Shown here in pieces: positions 45,973 through 56,645 of a stretch of 64,000 bases of DNA. Every line of letters begins with the position of its first letter. Within the stretch, counting starts at the first letter, position 1. A model generated the notes under the pieces. The model was not told the origin of the DNA. It was given only the letters and a program-made list of their open reading frames with translations, and made no database searches. Origin of the DNA: Gemmatimonadaceae bacterium (GTDB lineage Bacteria; Gemmatimonadota; Gemmatimonadetes; Gemmatimonadales; Gemmatimonadaceae); contig JANOCW010000101.1 of assembly GCA_031412375.1 (NCBI GenBank), forward strand, positions 4,388 through 68,387. Reading direction: 5' to 3'. Made by a program: the position numbers and the translations under genes.

Positions 45973-47445
45973 CTACTCCGCCCTCACGCGGTTCCGGCCT
46001 TCCGCCTTCGCCCGGTACAGCGCTTCGTCCGCCCGTGCGACGAGATCCTCCATCGAGGCGACCCGCGTGGACGGGAAGCTCGCCACGCCGATGCTCGTCG
46101 TCAGCAGCAGCGAGTGACCCGTGCTCTCGAATGCGCGGCTCTCGATCCGTTCGCGCAGGCGCTCGGCGAATGCGACCGCCCCGTCCGTGGAGGTCTCGGG
46201 GAGGACGACCATGAATTCCTCACCACCGTAGCGCGCAACGATGTCCACCGAGCGGACCTCGTGCTGCAGCAGCTGCGCGACCTCCCGCAGGACGTGGTCC
46301 CCGGCGAGGTGGCCGTGGTTGTCGTTCACGCCCTTGAAGTGATCGAGGTCGATCATGAGGATCGTCACCATCGACTGGTACCGTCGCGCACGATCGACTT
46401 CCGCCGCCAGGCGACCGACGAGCGCCCGCCGGTTGAGCACGAGCGTCAGCGAGTCCGTGTGCGCGAGCGCCTCGAGACGCGCATTGTCGGCCTTGGCCAT
46501 CTCGATGACCTGCGCGCGCTGAATCGCCGCCACTGCCGCCGTGATCACAGTGTCGGCGAAGTGCACATCCTCCTCGGTCAGCGGGGGCTCGGTGCGTGTG
46601 CGGCGAAGGAAGAACACCCCCGACTGGCGCTGGTCGAGCGAGAATGGGAGCGCGATCACCGACCGGATCTCGACGTTGAGCCCTTCGCGCTCCCACGACG
46701 CCCGGGCCCCCACGTACAACGGGCTCACGCGGACGTCCTTCACGAGCACCGGCTTCCCGGCATCCAGCGCGGCGCGCAGCTCCGGGTACCGTTGCAGCTC
46801 GATCGGGTGATTGTGCAGCGCCGGATGCTCGAACGCCGTGGCGACGATCCCCGTCGAGTCGCCCGGCCGCGCGAGGACGACCGAGCAGTGTGACAGGGAG
46901 AGCGCCCGGGCTACGCGGCGTGCGAGGATGCTGTAGATCTCCTCCGACGTCAGGTCCCCGGTGACGTCGTGCAGGATATCCGCCACCTTGCGCTGGTTCT
47001 CTGCATCCTCGCGCGCCTGCTGGAGCTGCGCCTCGGTGGAGCGAAGCGCTTCGCGGGCGGACCAGAGCACTGCCCGCATCCGAAGCTGCGCCTGGATGCG
47101 CGCGAGAAGCTCACGAACGCGGTAGGGCTTCCGGAGAAAATCGGCGGCGACCAGGCCGAGCGTCTTCACCGCACCATCGTCGGGCGATCGCGATGAGACC
47201 ATCAGCACCGGGAGCTCGCGCCAGCGCTCGTCGGCCTTCATCTGCTCGAGGATCCGAATGCCATCGCCGTTCGTCCCGGCGGCGTTGATGACGACGAGAT
47301 CGGGCGCGCGCTCTTCCAGCGTGGCGAGCAGCCGCTTCTCCCCCTCCAACGCGGTCACCTGGTACCCGTGCTCCTTGAGCAGCCAGGTGATCGTCTGCCG
47401 GTCATCCGGGTCCTCATCGCAGATGAGGATGCGCTCGCTAGCCAT
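45973..47445 (-). CDS. Receiver-like (Asn at the phospho-acceptor position)-GAF-GGDEF diguanylate cyclase
   Basis: ATG (cat at 47443-47445). REC-like fold with DLVVIN where CheY-type receivers have the phospho-Asp. A GAF-like middle region is followed by an intact GGEEF motif (RYGGEEFMVVLP). Confidence 0.85.
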   Translation of the reverse strand: MASERILICDEDPDDRQTITWLLKEHGYQVTALEGEKRLLATLEERAPDLVVINAAGTNGDGIRILEQMKADERWRELPVLMVSSRSPDDGAVKTLGLVAADFLRKPYRVRELLARIQAQLRMRAVLWSAREALRSTEAQLQQAREDAENQRKVADILHDVTGDLTSEEIYSILARRVARALSLSHCSVVLARPGDSTGIVATAFEHPALHNHPIELQRYPELRAALDAGKPVLVKDVRVSPLYVGARASWEREGLNVEIRSVIALPFSLDQRQSGVFFLRRTRTEPPLTEEDVHFADTVITAAVAAIQRAQVIEMAKADNARLEALAHTDSLTLVLNRRALVGRLAAEVDRARRYQSMVTILMIDLDHFKGVNDNHGHLAGDHVLREVAQLLQHEVRSVDIVARYGGEEFMVVLPETSTDGAVAFAERLRERIESRAFESTGHSLLLTTSIGVASFPSTRVASMEDLVARADEALYRAKAEGRNRVRAE

Positions 47446-48415
47446 CCCCGAGGAGCGAGAGCAGGCCGGCCCATTCGATATTGCCGCCGGAAAGGACGGC
47501 CACCGTCGGACCCGCTGGCCGAACCACCCCCTCCAGCAGCGCCGCGATCGTGATCGCCCCACTCGGCTCAGCCACGATCTTCATGCGGTCGAGGAGGAAG
47601 CGCATGGCGCGTCGGAGCGCGGAGTCATCCACCGCGATCACGTCGTCGATGTACTTCTGGTGGTGCGCGAAGGGAACGCCGCCGACTTCCACCGCGAGCA
47701 GGCCATCGGCGAGTCCCGCGAACGGCGGGATGCGCACCGGAGCGCCGGCCGCGCGCGCCCGCGAGAGCTTGGGCGCTCCGGCCGGCTCGACGCCAATGAC
47801 CCGGACGTTCGGCGCCAGCAGCTTGATCGCTGTCGCGACGCCCGCGCTCAGCCCTCCGCCGCCAACCGGGACCAGCACCGTGTGGGTCGCCGGCGCATCC
47901 TCGATGATCTCGAGCCCGACCGTGCCCTGCCCGGCGATGATGAGCGGGTCATCGTACGGGGGAACGATCATGCTTCCCTCGGTCCGTGCGATCTCCACCG
48001 CCTTGTCCATCCGATCCGCCGTCGTCGTCCCGGCGAGCACGACACGCGCACCGAGGCGCTCGGCGCCGGCGCGCTTGGCTTCCGTCACGGTCGTCGGCAT
48101 CACGACGGTCGCTGGAATCCCGAACAGCTTCGCCGCGAGCGCCACCGCTTGCGCATGGTTACCCGAGGACGGCGCGATCACGCCGCGCGACCGCATTGAC
48201 GGATCGATCTGCGCGAGGAAGGTGTAGGCGCCGCGGAACTTGAACGCGCCCCCGCGCTGCAGCATCTCCGGCTTCACGTGCACCGGCACCCCGACGAGGG
48301 CGTCGAGGTCATCGGAGCGCAGCAATGGGGTGCGCACTGCCACGCCGGCAAGAGTCGCGGCCGCCGCGCGGAAGGCGCTGAGTGCGACGAGCGACGGGGA
48401 CGATGCCACGGTCAC
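47438..48415 (-). CDS. PLP-dependent threonine/serine dehydratase (short, IlvA/serine-racemase-like, no ACT domain)
   Basis: Has GGAFKFRGA (PLP lysine) and SSGNHAQAVALAA. GTG at 48415 (or 48409) lies downstream of the upstream stop at 48438. It overlaps the next gene start by 8 nt. Confidence 0.8.
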   Translation of the reverse strand: MTVASSPSLVALSAFRAAAATLAGVAVRTPLLRSDDLDALVGVPVHVKPEMLQRGGAFKFRGAYTFLAQIDPSMRSRGVIAPSSGNHAQAVALAAKLFGIPATVVMPTTVTEAKRAGAERLGARVVLAGTTTADRMDKAVEIARTEGSMIVPPYDDPLIIAGQGTVGLEIIEDAPATHTVLVPVGGGGLSAGVATAIKLLAPNVRVIGVEPAGAPKLSRARAAGAPVRIPPFAGLADGLLAVEVGGVPFAHHQKYIDDVIAVDDSALRRAMRFLLDRMKIVAEPSGAITIAALLEGVVRPAGPTVAVLSGGNIEWAGLLSLLGDG

Positions 48416-48437
48416 GGGATCCGGGGTTGTCGGACGA

Positions 48438-49727
48438 TCAGGCGCTGATGCGGTTGCGTCCGCCGTCCTTCGCCTTGTACAGGTTGCGGTCGGCCTGCTC
48501 GAGCAACTCCTCTGCCGTGAGCGCGTCCGTGCCGCGTGCGTGTGCGACGCCGACGGAGATCGTGATCTCCAGCATCTCGTCGCCCCCGAAAGTATGCTCG
48601 TCCACGTTCCGGCGCAGCCGCTCCGCGAATGCCATCGCGCCCTGCCAGGCCGTGTCCGGGAGCACGATGACGAATTCGTCCCCGCCGACACGCGACACGG
48701 CATCGGTCTCCCGGGCGGTCGTCTTCATGATCTCGGCCAGCTCCTGGAGCACCATGTCCCCCACGGGATGGCCATGGGTGTCGTTGATGATCTTGAAATG
48801 ATCGAGGTCGACGACGAGGATCGCGAGCACGGAGCCGCGGCGCTTCGCCTGCCGCCACTCGCGGCGGAGCCGGGTCTCGAGCGCGCGGCGGTTGAGGCAT
48901 CCGGTGAGCGGGTCCGTCCCGATCAGCTCGATGAGACGCCCGCGCATGGTGTCGAGGCTGCGCGCGAGCAGGGTGAGCTCGTCCGGCCTCGCCTCGTCAT
49001 CGAGATCGTAGGCCCCGCCCAGATCACCAATCTCGACCCGCTTGCAGAACACCCGCAGCGCGTTCATGCGCTGGCGGAATCCGCCGAAAGTGATCGTCAG
49101 GACCGAGGCCACGAACAGGAAGATCGCCGCGTTGAAGGCCACGACCATCGTGGTCGGCTGCGGCCCGGGCACGAGCGGGGGCAGGACGAGTGACGAGGCG
49201 AGGTACGCCGTCGCGACGAGGAGGGTTGCCCACAGTCCCAGGCGGAGTCCGAAATAAAAGACCGTCAGCTGGATGACGAGGAGCCCCAGCAGGAGCACCC
49301 GGTGGAACTGGGATGGCGGAGAGCTGAGCATGATCAGCCCCGTCATCATCATGACGTCCCCGATGACCACGACTGCGGTCAGCCAGGGGACCAGGATCTG
49401 CCCCGCCGACCGCTTGAGGTACCACGCCGACAGGATGACGATGACGAGGTAGAGCCCCGCGGCGACGCCGACGGGAATCCAGCCCTCCGGCTCGATGCCG
49501 CGCGCCTGGAGCATGACGATCGCCCCGAACGTCATGAGGGCGGCGACCGCGTAGCGCACCCACCGCTGCCACAGAAGCACCTCGCGGTGGAGATCAGCGC
49601 TGTCCTGCTGGATCTCCGAGCGGATGGCGCTCCAGGTGGCTGACATCTCGCGCGTGACGTCGGGACGCGCCGGTAGCGAAGCCGAGTCTGGCTCGACGAG
49701 CTGCCGCAGGCGGGAAAGGACGGGCAT
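48438..49727 (-). CDS. Membrane-anchored GGDEF diguanylate cyclase (about 6 TM N-terminal domain)
   Basis: The polytopic N-terminus is followed by the GGDEF domain (RVGGDEFVIVLP). ATG at 49727. Confidence 0.85.
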   Translation of the reverse strand: MPVLSRLRQLVEPDSASLPARPDVTREMSATWSAIRSEIQQDSADLHREVLLWQRWVRYAVAALMTFGAIVMLQARGIEPEGWIPVGVAAGLYLVIVILSAWYLKRSAGQILVPWLTAVVVIGDVMMMTGLIMLSSPPSQFHRVLLLGLLVIQLTVFYFGLRLGLWATLLVATAYLASSLVLPPLVPGPQPTTMVVAFNAAIFLFVASVLTITFGGFRQRMNALRVFCKRVEIGDLGGAYDLDDEARPDELTLLARSLDTMRGRLIELIGTDPLTGCLNRRALETRLRREWRQAKRRGSVLAILVVDLDHFKIINDTHGHPVGDMVLQELAEIMKTTARETDAVSRVGGDEFVIVLPDTAWQGAMAFAERLRRNVDEHTFGGDEMLEITISVGVAHARGTDALTAEELLEQADRNLYKAKDGGRNRISA

Positions 49728-49816
49728 TGGGTCTGGCTGAGGATCCAGGCGAACGGGGGGTCATGATGACGGACGGGGGCGCCCACTCATGGACGCCCCC
49801 GCCAGCCCGACCGCAA

Positions 49817-52360
49817 CTACTCGTCGTCGTCCGTGTCGTCCTCGTCGTCGAGGTCGTCAGGGCCTCCCGGCACCCCCACCCCCTCGTCGTCGTCCCCGAC
49901 GGGCCCCTTGTCGTCACCAACGACCCGGGCCACGGCGGTCACCAGATCCTTGTCGTCGAGCTGCACGAGCTTGACGCCCTGGGCGTTGCGGCCTGTGACG
50001 CGGATCTGGGCCACCGAGGAGCGAATGATCACCCCCTGCTTGGTGATGATCATGATCTCGTCCTCCGGGAGGACCTCCATGATGGTGACGACGTTTCCGG
50101 TCTTCTCCGTCCGGTTGACGGTGAGAATCCCCTTTCCGCCGCGCTTCTGGACACGGTACTCGTCGATGTGCGAGCACTTGCCCAGCCCGCGCTCGGTGAC
50201 GACGAGCAGTGTCGCTTCGCGCTTGATGACGACCATGCCGACGACGCTGTCGCCCTTCCGCAGCTCGACTCCCTTCACGCCGGTGGTGTCCCGGCCCATG
50301 TCGCGCACATCGGACTCGTGGAACCGGACCGACAGGCCGTGCTTGGTGGCAATGACGATGTCATTGGTCCCCGTCGTGACCTGCACGTCGATCAGCTCAT
50401 CGTCCGACTCGACCTTGATCGCCTTGATCCCGTTCGCCCGTGGGTTCGAGTATTCCGAGAGCTTGGTCTTCTTGACCGTACCTTTCTTCGTGCAGAAGAG
50501 CAGCGACTGGGTGTCGCTGAACTCGCGCACCGGCACCATGGCCTTCACCCGCGTGTCGGGAAGGACGTTGATCAGGTTCACGATCGGCTTGCCCTTCGCC
50601 GCGCGTCCGGCCTGCGGAATCTCGTGCACCTTCAGCCAGAAGCAGCGACCGTCGCCGGTAAAGATGAGGATGTAGTCGTGCGTCGAGCCGACGAAGAAGT
50701 GCTCGATGAAGTCCTCATCCTTGAGCCCCTGCCCGCTCAGCCCCCGTCCGCCGCGGCGCTGCTTGCGGTAGGTCGAGACCGAGGTGCGCTTGATGTAGCC
50801 CGAGTGGGAGATGGTCACGACCATGTCCTCCTGGGCGATCAGGTCCTCGATCGTGAATTCCCCTTCGTCGCACAGGATCTCGGTACGGCGACGGTCGCCG
50901 AACGTCTCCACGACTTTCTGGAGCTCGTCCTTGAGGAGCTGGCTCCGCGCCGGCTTCGAAGCGAGCAGCGCGCGAAGGTCGCTGATCATCGCCTGGACCT
51001 CCTTCAGCTCGGCCTCGAGCTTCTCGATCTCCAGCCCGGTGAGCTTCGCGAGGCGCATGTTGAGGATCGCCTCCGCCTGCCGCTCGCTGAGCTTGAAGCG
51101 CGTCTGCAGCCGCTGGCTCGCCTGCGGCGTGTCGGTCGCCTTCCGGATGACCTTGATGACCTCGTCGATGTTGTCGACGGCGATCTTGAGGCCTTCGAGG
51201 ATGTGCTCGCGCTCCAGCGCCTTGTCGAGCTCGAACTGCGCGCGGCGGACGATGACGGAGTGGCGATGCGCGATGTAGTGATCGAGCGTCTCGCGCAGCG
51301 CCATGACCTTCGGCACGAGCCGGCCGGTCTGCGAATCGGGCACGAGCGCGAGCATGATGACGCCGAACGTCGTCTGCATCGTGGTGTGCTTGTACAACTG
51401 GTTGAGCACCACGCGCGGGATGGCGTCCCGCTTCAGCTCGATGACGACCCGCATGCCATCGCGATCGGACTCGTCGCGCAGGTCGCTGATCCCCTCGAGC
51501 TTCTTGTCGCGCACGAGGTCGGCGATCTGCTCGACGAGCCGCGCCTTGTTGACCTGGTAGGGCAGCTCGTTGATGACGATCTGCGACTTGCCCGAAGACT
51601 CTTTCTCCTCGATGACCGCGCGCGCGCGCATGACGATTCGGCCGCGTCCCGTCTCCTGATAATCCTTGATCCCCGCGCGACCGTAGATGTAGCCGCCCGT
51701 CGGAAAATCGGGGCCCTTGATGATCTTGCGCAGCGCCGCGATTGGCAGCTCCGGATCATCGATCACGGCCATCAGCGCGGCGATGATCTCCTTCAGGTTG
51801 TGCGGCGGAATGTTCGTCGCCATCCCGACCGCGATGCCGGACGATCCGTTGACCAGCAGGTTCGGAAAGCCGGAGGGGAGAACCTTCGGTTCCTGGAGCC
51901 GGTCGTCGAAATTCGGGGCGTAGTCGACGGTGTTCTTGTCGATGTCGGCCAGCAGCTCCATCGACATGCGCGTGAGCCGCGCTTCGGTGTATCGGTACGC
52001 GGCCGCCGGATCGCCGTCGACGGAACCGAAGTTTCCCTGGCCGTCGACGAGCGGATAGCGCAGCGAGAAGTCCTGCACCATGCGCACGAGCGCGTCGTAC
52101 ACCGACGAGTCACCATGCGGGTGGTACTTGCCGAGGACGTCGCCGACGACCGTCGCGGATTTCTTGTATGGTCGCCCGGGCACGAGACCGAGCTCGTTCA
52201 TCGCGTACAGGACGCGGCGGTGCACGGGCTTCAGTCCATCGCGCACATCGGGCAGTGCACGCGATACGATCACGCTCATCGAATAGTTGATGAACGACTC
52301 GTTCATCTCCTCGTCGATGAGACGCGGGAGAATTCTTTCTCGATTGTTTGGAGCGGTCAT
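49817..52360 (-). CDS. gyrA: DNA gyrase subunit A
   Basis: Has [29 protein letters not shown] and [11 protein letters not shown] (active-site Tyr region), six C-terminal beta-pinwheel repeats and an acidic tail. Confidence 0.97.
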   Translation of the reverse strand: MTAPNNRERILPRLIDEEMNESFINYSMSVIVSRALPDVRDGLKPVHRRVLYAMNELGLVPGRPYKKSATVVGDVLGKYHPHGDSSVYDALVRMVQDFSLRYPLVDGQGNFGSVDGDPAAAYRYTEARLTRMSMELLADIDKNTVDYAPNFDDRLQEPKVLPSGFPNLLVNGSSGIAVGMATNIPPHNLKEIIAALMAVIDDPELPIAALRKIIKGPDFPTGGYIYGRAGIKDYQETGRGRIVMRARAVIEEKESSGKSQIVINELPYQVNKARLVEQIADLVRDKKLEGISDLRDESDRDGMRVVIELKRDAIPRVVLNQLYKHTTMQTTFGVIMLALVPDSQTGRLVPKVMALRETLDHYIAHRHSVIVRRAQFELDKALEREHILEGLKIAVDNIDEVIKVIRKATDTPQASQRLQTRFKLSERQAEAILNMRLAKLTGLEIEKLEAELKEVQAMISDLRALLASKPARSQLLKDELQKVVETFGDRRRTEILCDEGEFTIEDLIAQEDMVVTISHSGYIKRTSVSTYRKQRRGGRGLSGQGLKDEDFIEHFFVGSTHDYILIFTGDGRCFWLKVHEIPQAGRAAKGKPIVNLINVLPDTRVKAMVPVREFSDTQSLLFCTKKGTVKKTKLSEYSNPRANGIKAIKVESDDELIDVQVTTGTNDIVIATKHGLSVRFHESDVRDMGRDTTGVKGVELRKGDSVVGMVVIKREATLLVVTERGLGKCSHIDEYRVQKRGGKGILTVNRTEKTGNVVTIMEVLPEDEIMIITKQGVIIRSSVAQIRVTGRNAQGVKLVQLDDKDLVTAVARVVGDDKGPVGDDDEGVGVPGGPDDLDDEDDTDDDE

Positions 52361-52407
52361 TACGCCGGGTGCAGGAAGGGCTCGTGGCGATGTTCGGGCG
52401 ACCTCGA

Positions 52408-52436
52408 AATATACCCCGAAGCGAGGCCGGAAGCAA
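52408..52436 (-). promoter_or_regulatory. Candidate sigma70-type promoter for gyrA
   Basis: On the minus strand: TTGCTT (52436-52431), a 17-nt spacer, TATATT (52413-52408), ending 47 nt upstream of the gyrA ATG. It sits in a local AT-rich island within otherwise GC-rich DNA. Confidence 0.5.
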
Positions 52437-52539
52437 CCGGCAAACTATCGGCAAAAACGTTGTCCGGCAACGACTTACATGCGACGACAATACCCGCCAT
52501 GTCACGCGACTCGTCACTCCGCCCGGATACTCCCGCGCG

Positions 52540-53193
52540 TCATCGCCGCGGCTCGGCGAACAGGTACGGCACCCGGAGCACGACTCCTGAATCGGCGTAC
52601 ACGCCGAGCACTCCCCCATCGCAGTCGCGCGGCGCTGCGGCCGTCAGAACCTCGACCCCGTCAACCGACACCGTCGCGAACCGTACGTCGAGCGAGACCA
52701 GCACCTCCCGGATGACAAGCGCACCTGTCTTCGGCTCCGGTGTCGTCCGCTCCGCATCGATCCTCGACGCGGCGGCCCAGGGCTCCGGCCGGCTCGCCTT
52801 GCCGCTCTCCCAGCGCGCCAGTCGCACTGCGCCGTCAGCACGCAGCTGGACGATGCAGGCACGGCTGTCTGAGGCATCGCGAACGATCCCGAACGCCACT
52901 CCGAAGGTGCGGTGCGGCGCGCCCTCCATCTTCCAGAGTTGGGTGCGGATCGTCGCCGGCAGCTTCGGCGTCGGGACGTGACCAGCCGAGGCGATCGACT
53001 CCGCCCGGCCTGCCTCCACATACACCGCGATCCCATCCCCCCGCACTCGCGCGCCTGGTGTCAACGCCTCCCACGCATTCGGGGCAGGTGGCGGGGGGAT
53101 GTCGGGCGGGGAAGCGCCAGGCGCCAGACAACCGGCAGCGGTGGCCGTGAAGCCGAGCACCACCGCCTGCCTGAGCACGCCAACGGCCCTCAC
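52540..53193 (-). CDS. Hypothetical lipoprotein (217 aa, beta-rich, possibly concanavalin/LamG-like)
   Basis: Lipobox TAAGC. The GTG start overlaps the upstream stop (GTGA). No confident family assignment. Confidence 0.55.
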   Translation of the reverse strand: MRAVGVLRQAVVLGFTATAAGCLAPGASPPDIPPPPAPNAWEALTPGARVRGDGIAVYVEAGRAESIASAGHVPTPKLPATIRTQLWKMEGAPHRTFGVAFGIVRDASDSRACIVQLRADGAVRLARWESGKASRPEPWAAASRIDAERTTPEPKTGALVIREVLVSLDVRFATVSVDGVEVLTAAAPRDCDGGVLGVYADSGVVLRVPYLFAEPRR

Positions 53194-53615
53194 CGAACGG
53201 TGGTGACGCGGATCCGATACGTCGAAAGCTGGGTGCGAAGCGCGCCGTCGGATGTTGCCACCTCGCGGATCGTTACCGCCGGCGGGTGACCAATATCCGC
53301 AACGGACAGGCGGACAATGGAACCAGCGGTGAGCGCACCGAACACGGCGACCGTATACACGTTGCCCGCGGCCCGCGCGTGAATCTCCGTGCTGCCGCTG
53401 CCCTCCACGGCGGTAGCACCCGGTGCAATGGTGAGCAGCACGGCTTCGTCACTCGCCTCCGCCCCCTCCAGGTGAAGAAACAGCTCGCCAGGTGTTGGCG
53501 GCGCGGCGGCGTCGCTCCCCCCGCACGAAAGGCTGCCGACGAGGGCGAACGCGAGCCCGAGCAGGGTTCCCGCGTGTGCGCACCGACGAAGGGCGAGTCG
53601 TCGGAGCGCGCTCAT
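53190..53615 (-). CDS. Hypothetical lipoprotein (141 aa, beta-sandwich-like)
   Basis: Lipobox GSLSC. Shares an ATGA overlap with the M6 protease gene stop. Confidence 0.55.
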   Translation of the reverse strand: MSALRRLALRRCAHAGTLLGLAFALVGSLSCGGSDAAAPPTPGELFLHLEGAEASDEAVLLTIAPGATAVEGSGSTEIHARAAGNVYTVAVFGALTAGSIVRLSVADIGHPPAVTIREVATSDGALRTQLSTYRIRVTTVR

Positions 53616-55813
53616 CGTGCACCTTCCGGACGGCGTTGCTTCCGCATCGACACCGACCCGCCCGAGATCGCCGAAGTCCGCTTCAGGTGCAGCAGTACGT
53701 CGCCGACATCGAGGCGGCCATTCCGGTTGCCGGCGAGATCCAGCGCCCGCGCGCTCGGCGCTGCGAGCGGCGGTCCGCCTGCCACGGCGTCGAGCATGGT
53801 TGTCCGCGCAATCGTCGGCATCGCCGAGGTCACGCTCACGTTCGCCTCCACGCGCTGGCCGAGGCCGTCCGCTACCGCGACACGGAAAACTGCATCACCG
53901 AGGAACCGCGACTCCCCCGTGAGCGTGCCGGAGCTCGACAGGGTGAGTCCTTCCGGAAGGGGGTCGATTGCGGTCCAGAGCAGGGGCTCCAGTCCGCCGG
54001 TCGCCTGCAGCGCGGCGCTATAGCCCTGCTCCCCGAGCGTCACCGGGGTCGTGCGCTGAAGCGCAGCGACGACGATTGGCCCAGCGACACGGACGACGAT
54101 TGTGCTGCTCGCGTCGGCGGCAGTCGCCGTGATCCGCGCAGACCCCGCGCTGAGCCCGGACACCGTTCCCTCGCTGGATACCGACGCAACGGATGGGTCG
54201 AGCGAAGTCCAGGTGACCGGAAGCGACACGGGTCCGTCGGTAATGCTGACGACGTTTGCCACGAGCCCGATACTTCCGCCGATTCGTGTCGCCGGCTGCT
54301 CCGGGCTCACGCGGACGATCAGGAGCGAGGCGAACTCGACGTCCAGCGTGATCACGTCGGACGTCGGCGTAATGTCGCGAAGCGCGAGCCGCGAGAGTGC
54401 TCCGAGGTTCCCCTTCAGGTTCGGCGTCGTCTCGTCGGTCACGAGGCGAACGTTGCTGCTGCCGGGAAAAATGTCGCCGGCATCGCCGCGATTGATGTTC
54501 AGCTGCAGGTGGCGGGCGCCATCGGCCTGCACGACGGCGAGTCCGGGGCGCTCCTCGTTCTCCGTTCCGCGGTATGACTGCACCGCGGGGAGCAGGACAG
54601 CGTCGTCCACATGCCACATCACGAGTCCCGCACCCGGCAGCCCCACGTCGGCCCCCGTCCGCTGGCGATTCTCGAGGAGATAGTACTCGTTCGTGCCCGG
54701 AATGTTGAGTCGCACGAGCGAGCGCCCGGCGATGGCCGGGTTCAGCGTGAGGCGCGCGCTCGCGGTTACCGTCGTCACGGTTGCCCAGCCGACCTGCCGC
54801 CGGGACCATGCACCGAGCTGCGACGGGATGCCGGCGGTTGCATAAAGTCCGTAGCCCATCACGTCCCACACTCCGACGCCGAACGACGAGCGATCCAGGT
54901 CGTTGAGATCGGGCAACCCGAGCGCGTGCCCCATCTCATGGATGTTGATGTTCATCGTGGAGATCGACGAGCCATCACAGTTCAGCGCCGCACTGAGAAC
55001 GAAGTCGTCGACCCTGAGCGGCTGGCCGCTGGCTCCGGTCAGGCGCGTCGTATACGGCGCCCCGCTGTAGGTGCCCATGCGGCTCAACCGAAACCCGGTC
55101 GCGACCGGCCCGCCGAGCGCGTCCTTCCGGCAGACTCCGTCGGCGAGTGGGTGCAGGAAGGTCACCATGTCCACGAACCCGTCGTCGTCGCCTGAATTCG
55201 ATACGCCGTCGGGCCCATCGTTGTCGAACTGGCTCCAGTCGATAAACGCGTCCGCGCTGTCGAGGACCTCGCGGATGTAGAGGTTCAGCTCTCCACGCAT
55301 GCCGTGCGCTGGATTCGTGTGGTCCATGTACTGCACGCGCGGCAACGAGAGGCGTATCCATCGCGACACGGTGCCCGCAAAGGTGAACTGGCCTCCCGAT
55401 GCCTCCTCGTAGAACTGTCGAAGTGAGTAACGCCCCGCTCTCCACTGGGCGCCAAAGAACGCCGCGTCGTACTCCACGGGTTCGTACCGGGGCGTGACGT
55501 CACTGTACGTCGCGGCGAGCACCGGCATTCGGAACGTGCCCTTCAGGGCGAGCACGCCCGGTGGCGGCGCGGGTTGTCCTTGCACCGCGAGCCGCTCCGC
55601 GCCCTCAACCAGCCTGCGAACCTGCCGCGATGGTTCGAGCCAGGCATGGCCGAAGCGCTGTCCCTTCACCTCGGCATCCAGGTACCGCTGCGCCCACTCC
55701 GGCATCGGCTCCACCGGCTGCGCGTGGAGCGCCGACGCGACGAGGAGGAGGGGGGCGATCAGCGCAGGCAAAGAGCGCGCACGGACGGGCCAATGCAAGA
55801 ACGGTCGCGCCAT
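53612..55813 (-). CDS. M6 family (immune inhibitor A-like) secreted metalloprotease with C-terminal Ig-like (Big_2) domains
   Basis: Signal peptide and M6-type region with HEMGHALGLPDL (HExxH). The C-terminal region has Big_2-like repeats (VTWTSLDPSVASVSSEGTVSGLSAGSARITATA) and a dockerin-like end. Confidence 0.85.
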   Translation of the reverse strand: MARPFLHWPVRARSLPALIAPLLLVASALHAQPVEPMPEWAQRYLDAEVKGQRFGHAWLEPSRQVRRLVEGAERLAVQGQPAPPPGVLALKGTFRMPVLAATYSDVTPRYEPVEYDAAFFGAQWRAGRYSLRQFYEEASGGQFTFAGTVSRWIRLSLPRVQYMDHTNPAHGMRGELNLYIREVLDSADAFIDWSQFDNDGPDGVSNSGDDDGFVDMVTFLHPLADGVCRKDALGGPVATGFRLSRMGTYSGAPYTTRLTGASGQPLRVDDFVLSAALNCDGSSISTMNINIHEMGHALGLPDLNDLDRSSFGVGVWDVMGYGLYATAGIPSQLGAWSRRQVGWATVTTVTASARLTLNPAIAGRSLVRLNIPGTNEYYLLENRQRTGADVGLPGAGLVMWHVDDAVLLPAVQSYRGTENEERPGLAVVQADGARHLQLNINRGDAGDIFPGSSNVRLVTDETTPNLKGNLGALSRLALRDITPTSDVITLDVEFASLLIVRVSPEQPATRIGGSIGLVANVVSITDGPVSLPVTWTSLDPSVASVSSEGTVSGLSAGSARITATAADASSTIVVRVAGPIVVAALQRTTPVTLGEQGYSAALQATGGLEPLLWTAIDPLPEGLTLSSSGTLTGESRFLGDAVFRVAVADGLGQRVEANVSVTSAMPTIARTTMLDAVAGGPPLAAPSARALDLAGNRNGRLDVGDVLLHLKRTSAISGGSVSMRKQRRPEGAR

Positions 55814-55884
55814 GATGCTCCGGCTGGGTATCGCCCGCTGCGTCGCGGAAAGGGCAGCCTAGTTAATGCCGCCGTTCCAGACTG

Positions 55885-56634
55885 TCAACGTCGCTCGGAA
55901 AGGTTGTCCCTGCCCTCGGCTTCGTCCGCTGCGATCTCCGTCGCCTCCCCATGATCGACTTCGCGATCGATCGCGTCACGCTCGGCGCGATACCGCGCGT
56001 ACCATTCCCGCGTGACTTCGCCGGCGAGCTCGCGGTTGCCGAGGCCAAACGCGAGCGCCAGCGCGAGGGCGACCGCGCCGAAGAGAATCGCGAACGCCGT
56101 GGTCACGATCTCCGTCGCGACGTTGAGCTGCTGCAGCGCCATGAAGATCGCGAGCAGGATGACGCCGCCGCGACCGATCCGCGCCAGCGCCGTCCCGCCG
56201 TGCAGCGCACCCGCCGACGCGAGGATCAGCCCCCCGAGGAACTCGCCGAGCACGAGCCCGACGATGATGATGACGATCGCCGCGATGACGCTCGGGATGT
56301 AGCCGACCAGCTCGGAAAACACATCGGCGAGCGACTGCAGGCCGAGCGCGTTCGAGGCGAGCACGATCACCGCGAACATCAGGAGCCAGAACACGAGGTT
56401 GGCGATGACGCGAATCGGATTGACGTGCGAGCCCGACCGTTCCACCACCTCCATCACGCCACCGCGCTCCAGCAGCGCATCGAAGCGGATGCGACGCAGC
56501 AGCCGATCGACTCCGCGCTCCACCACCCGCGCGAGCAGATAGCCGGCGAAGAGTATGATGAGCGCGCCGAACAGCGCCGGGATGTACTCGACGACCTGGA
56601 GAACGCTGCCGCGCAGCCTCTCCGTGAAGGTCAT
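55885..56634 (-). CDS. Membrane protein with conserved TM-helix repeats (MscS-N-terminal-like, PF05552-type)
   Basis: Repeated units of the pattern xxIPxLxxAIxIIxxGxxLA. 249 aa, with no MscS beta-domain seen. Confidence 0.5.
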   Translation of the reverse strand: MTFTERLRGSVLQVVEYIPALFGALIILFAGYLLARVVERGVDRLLRRIRFDALLERGGVMEVVERSGSHVNPIRVIANLVFWLLMFAVIVLASNALGLQSLADVFSELVGYIPSVIAAIVIIIVGLVLGEFLGGLILASAGALHGGTALARIGRGGVILLAIFMALQQLNVATEIVTTAFAILFGAVALALALAFGLGNRELAGEVTREWYARYRAERDAIDREVDHGEATEIAADEAEGRDNLSERR

Positions 56635-56645
56635 GGGCTGCTGGA

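Noticed and set aside
49727-52981. 1084-aa ORF on the plus strand.
   Set aside because: It is antisense to gyrA. It has shadow-ORF composition and no recognisable domains.
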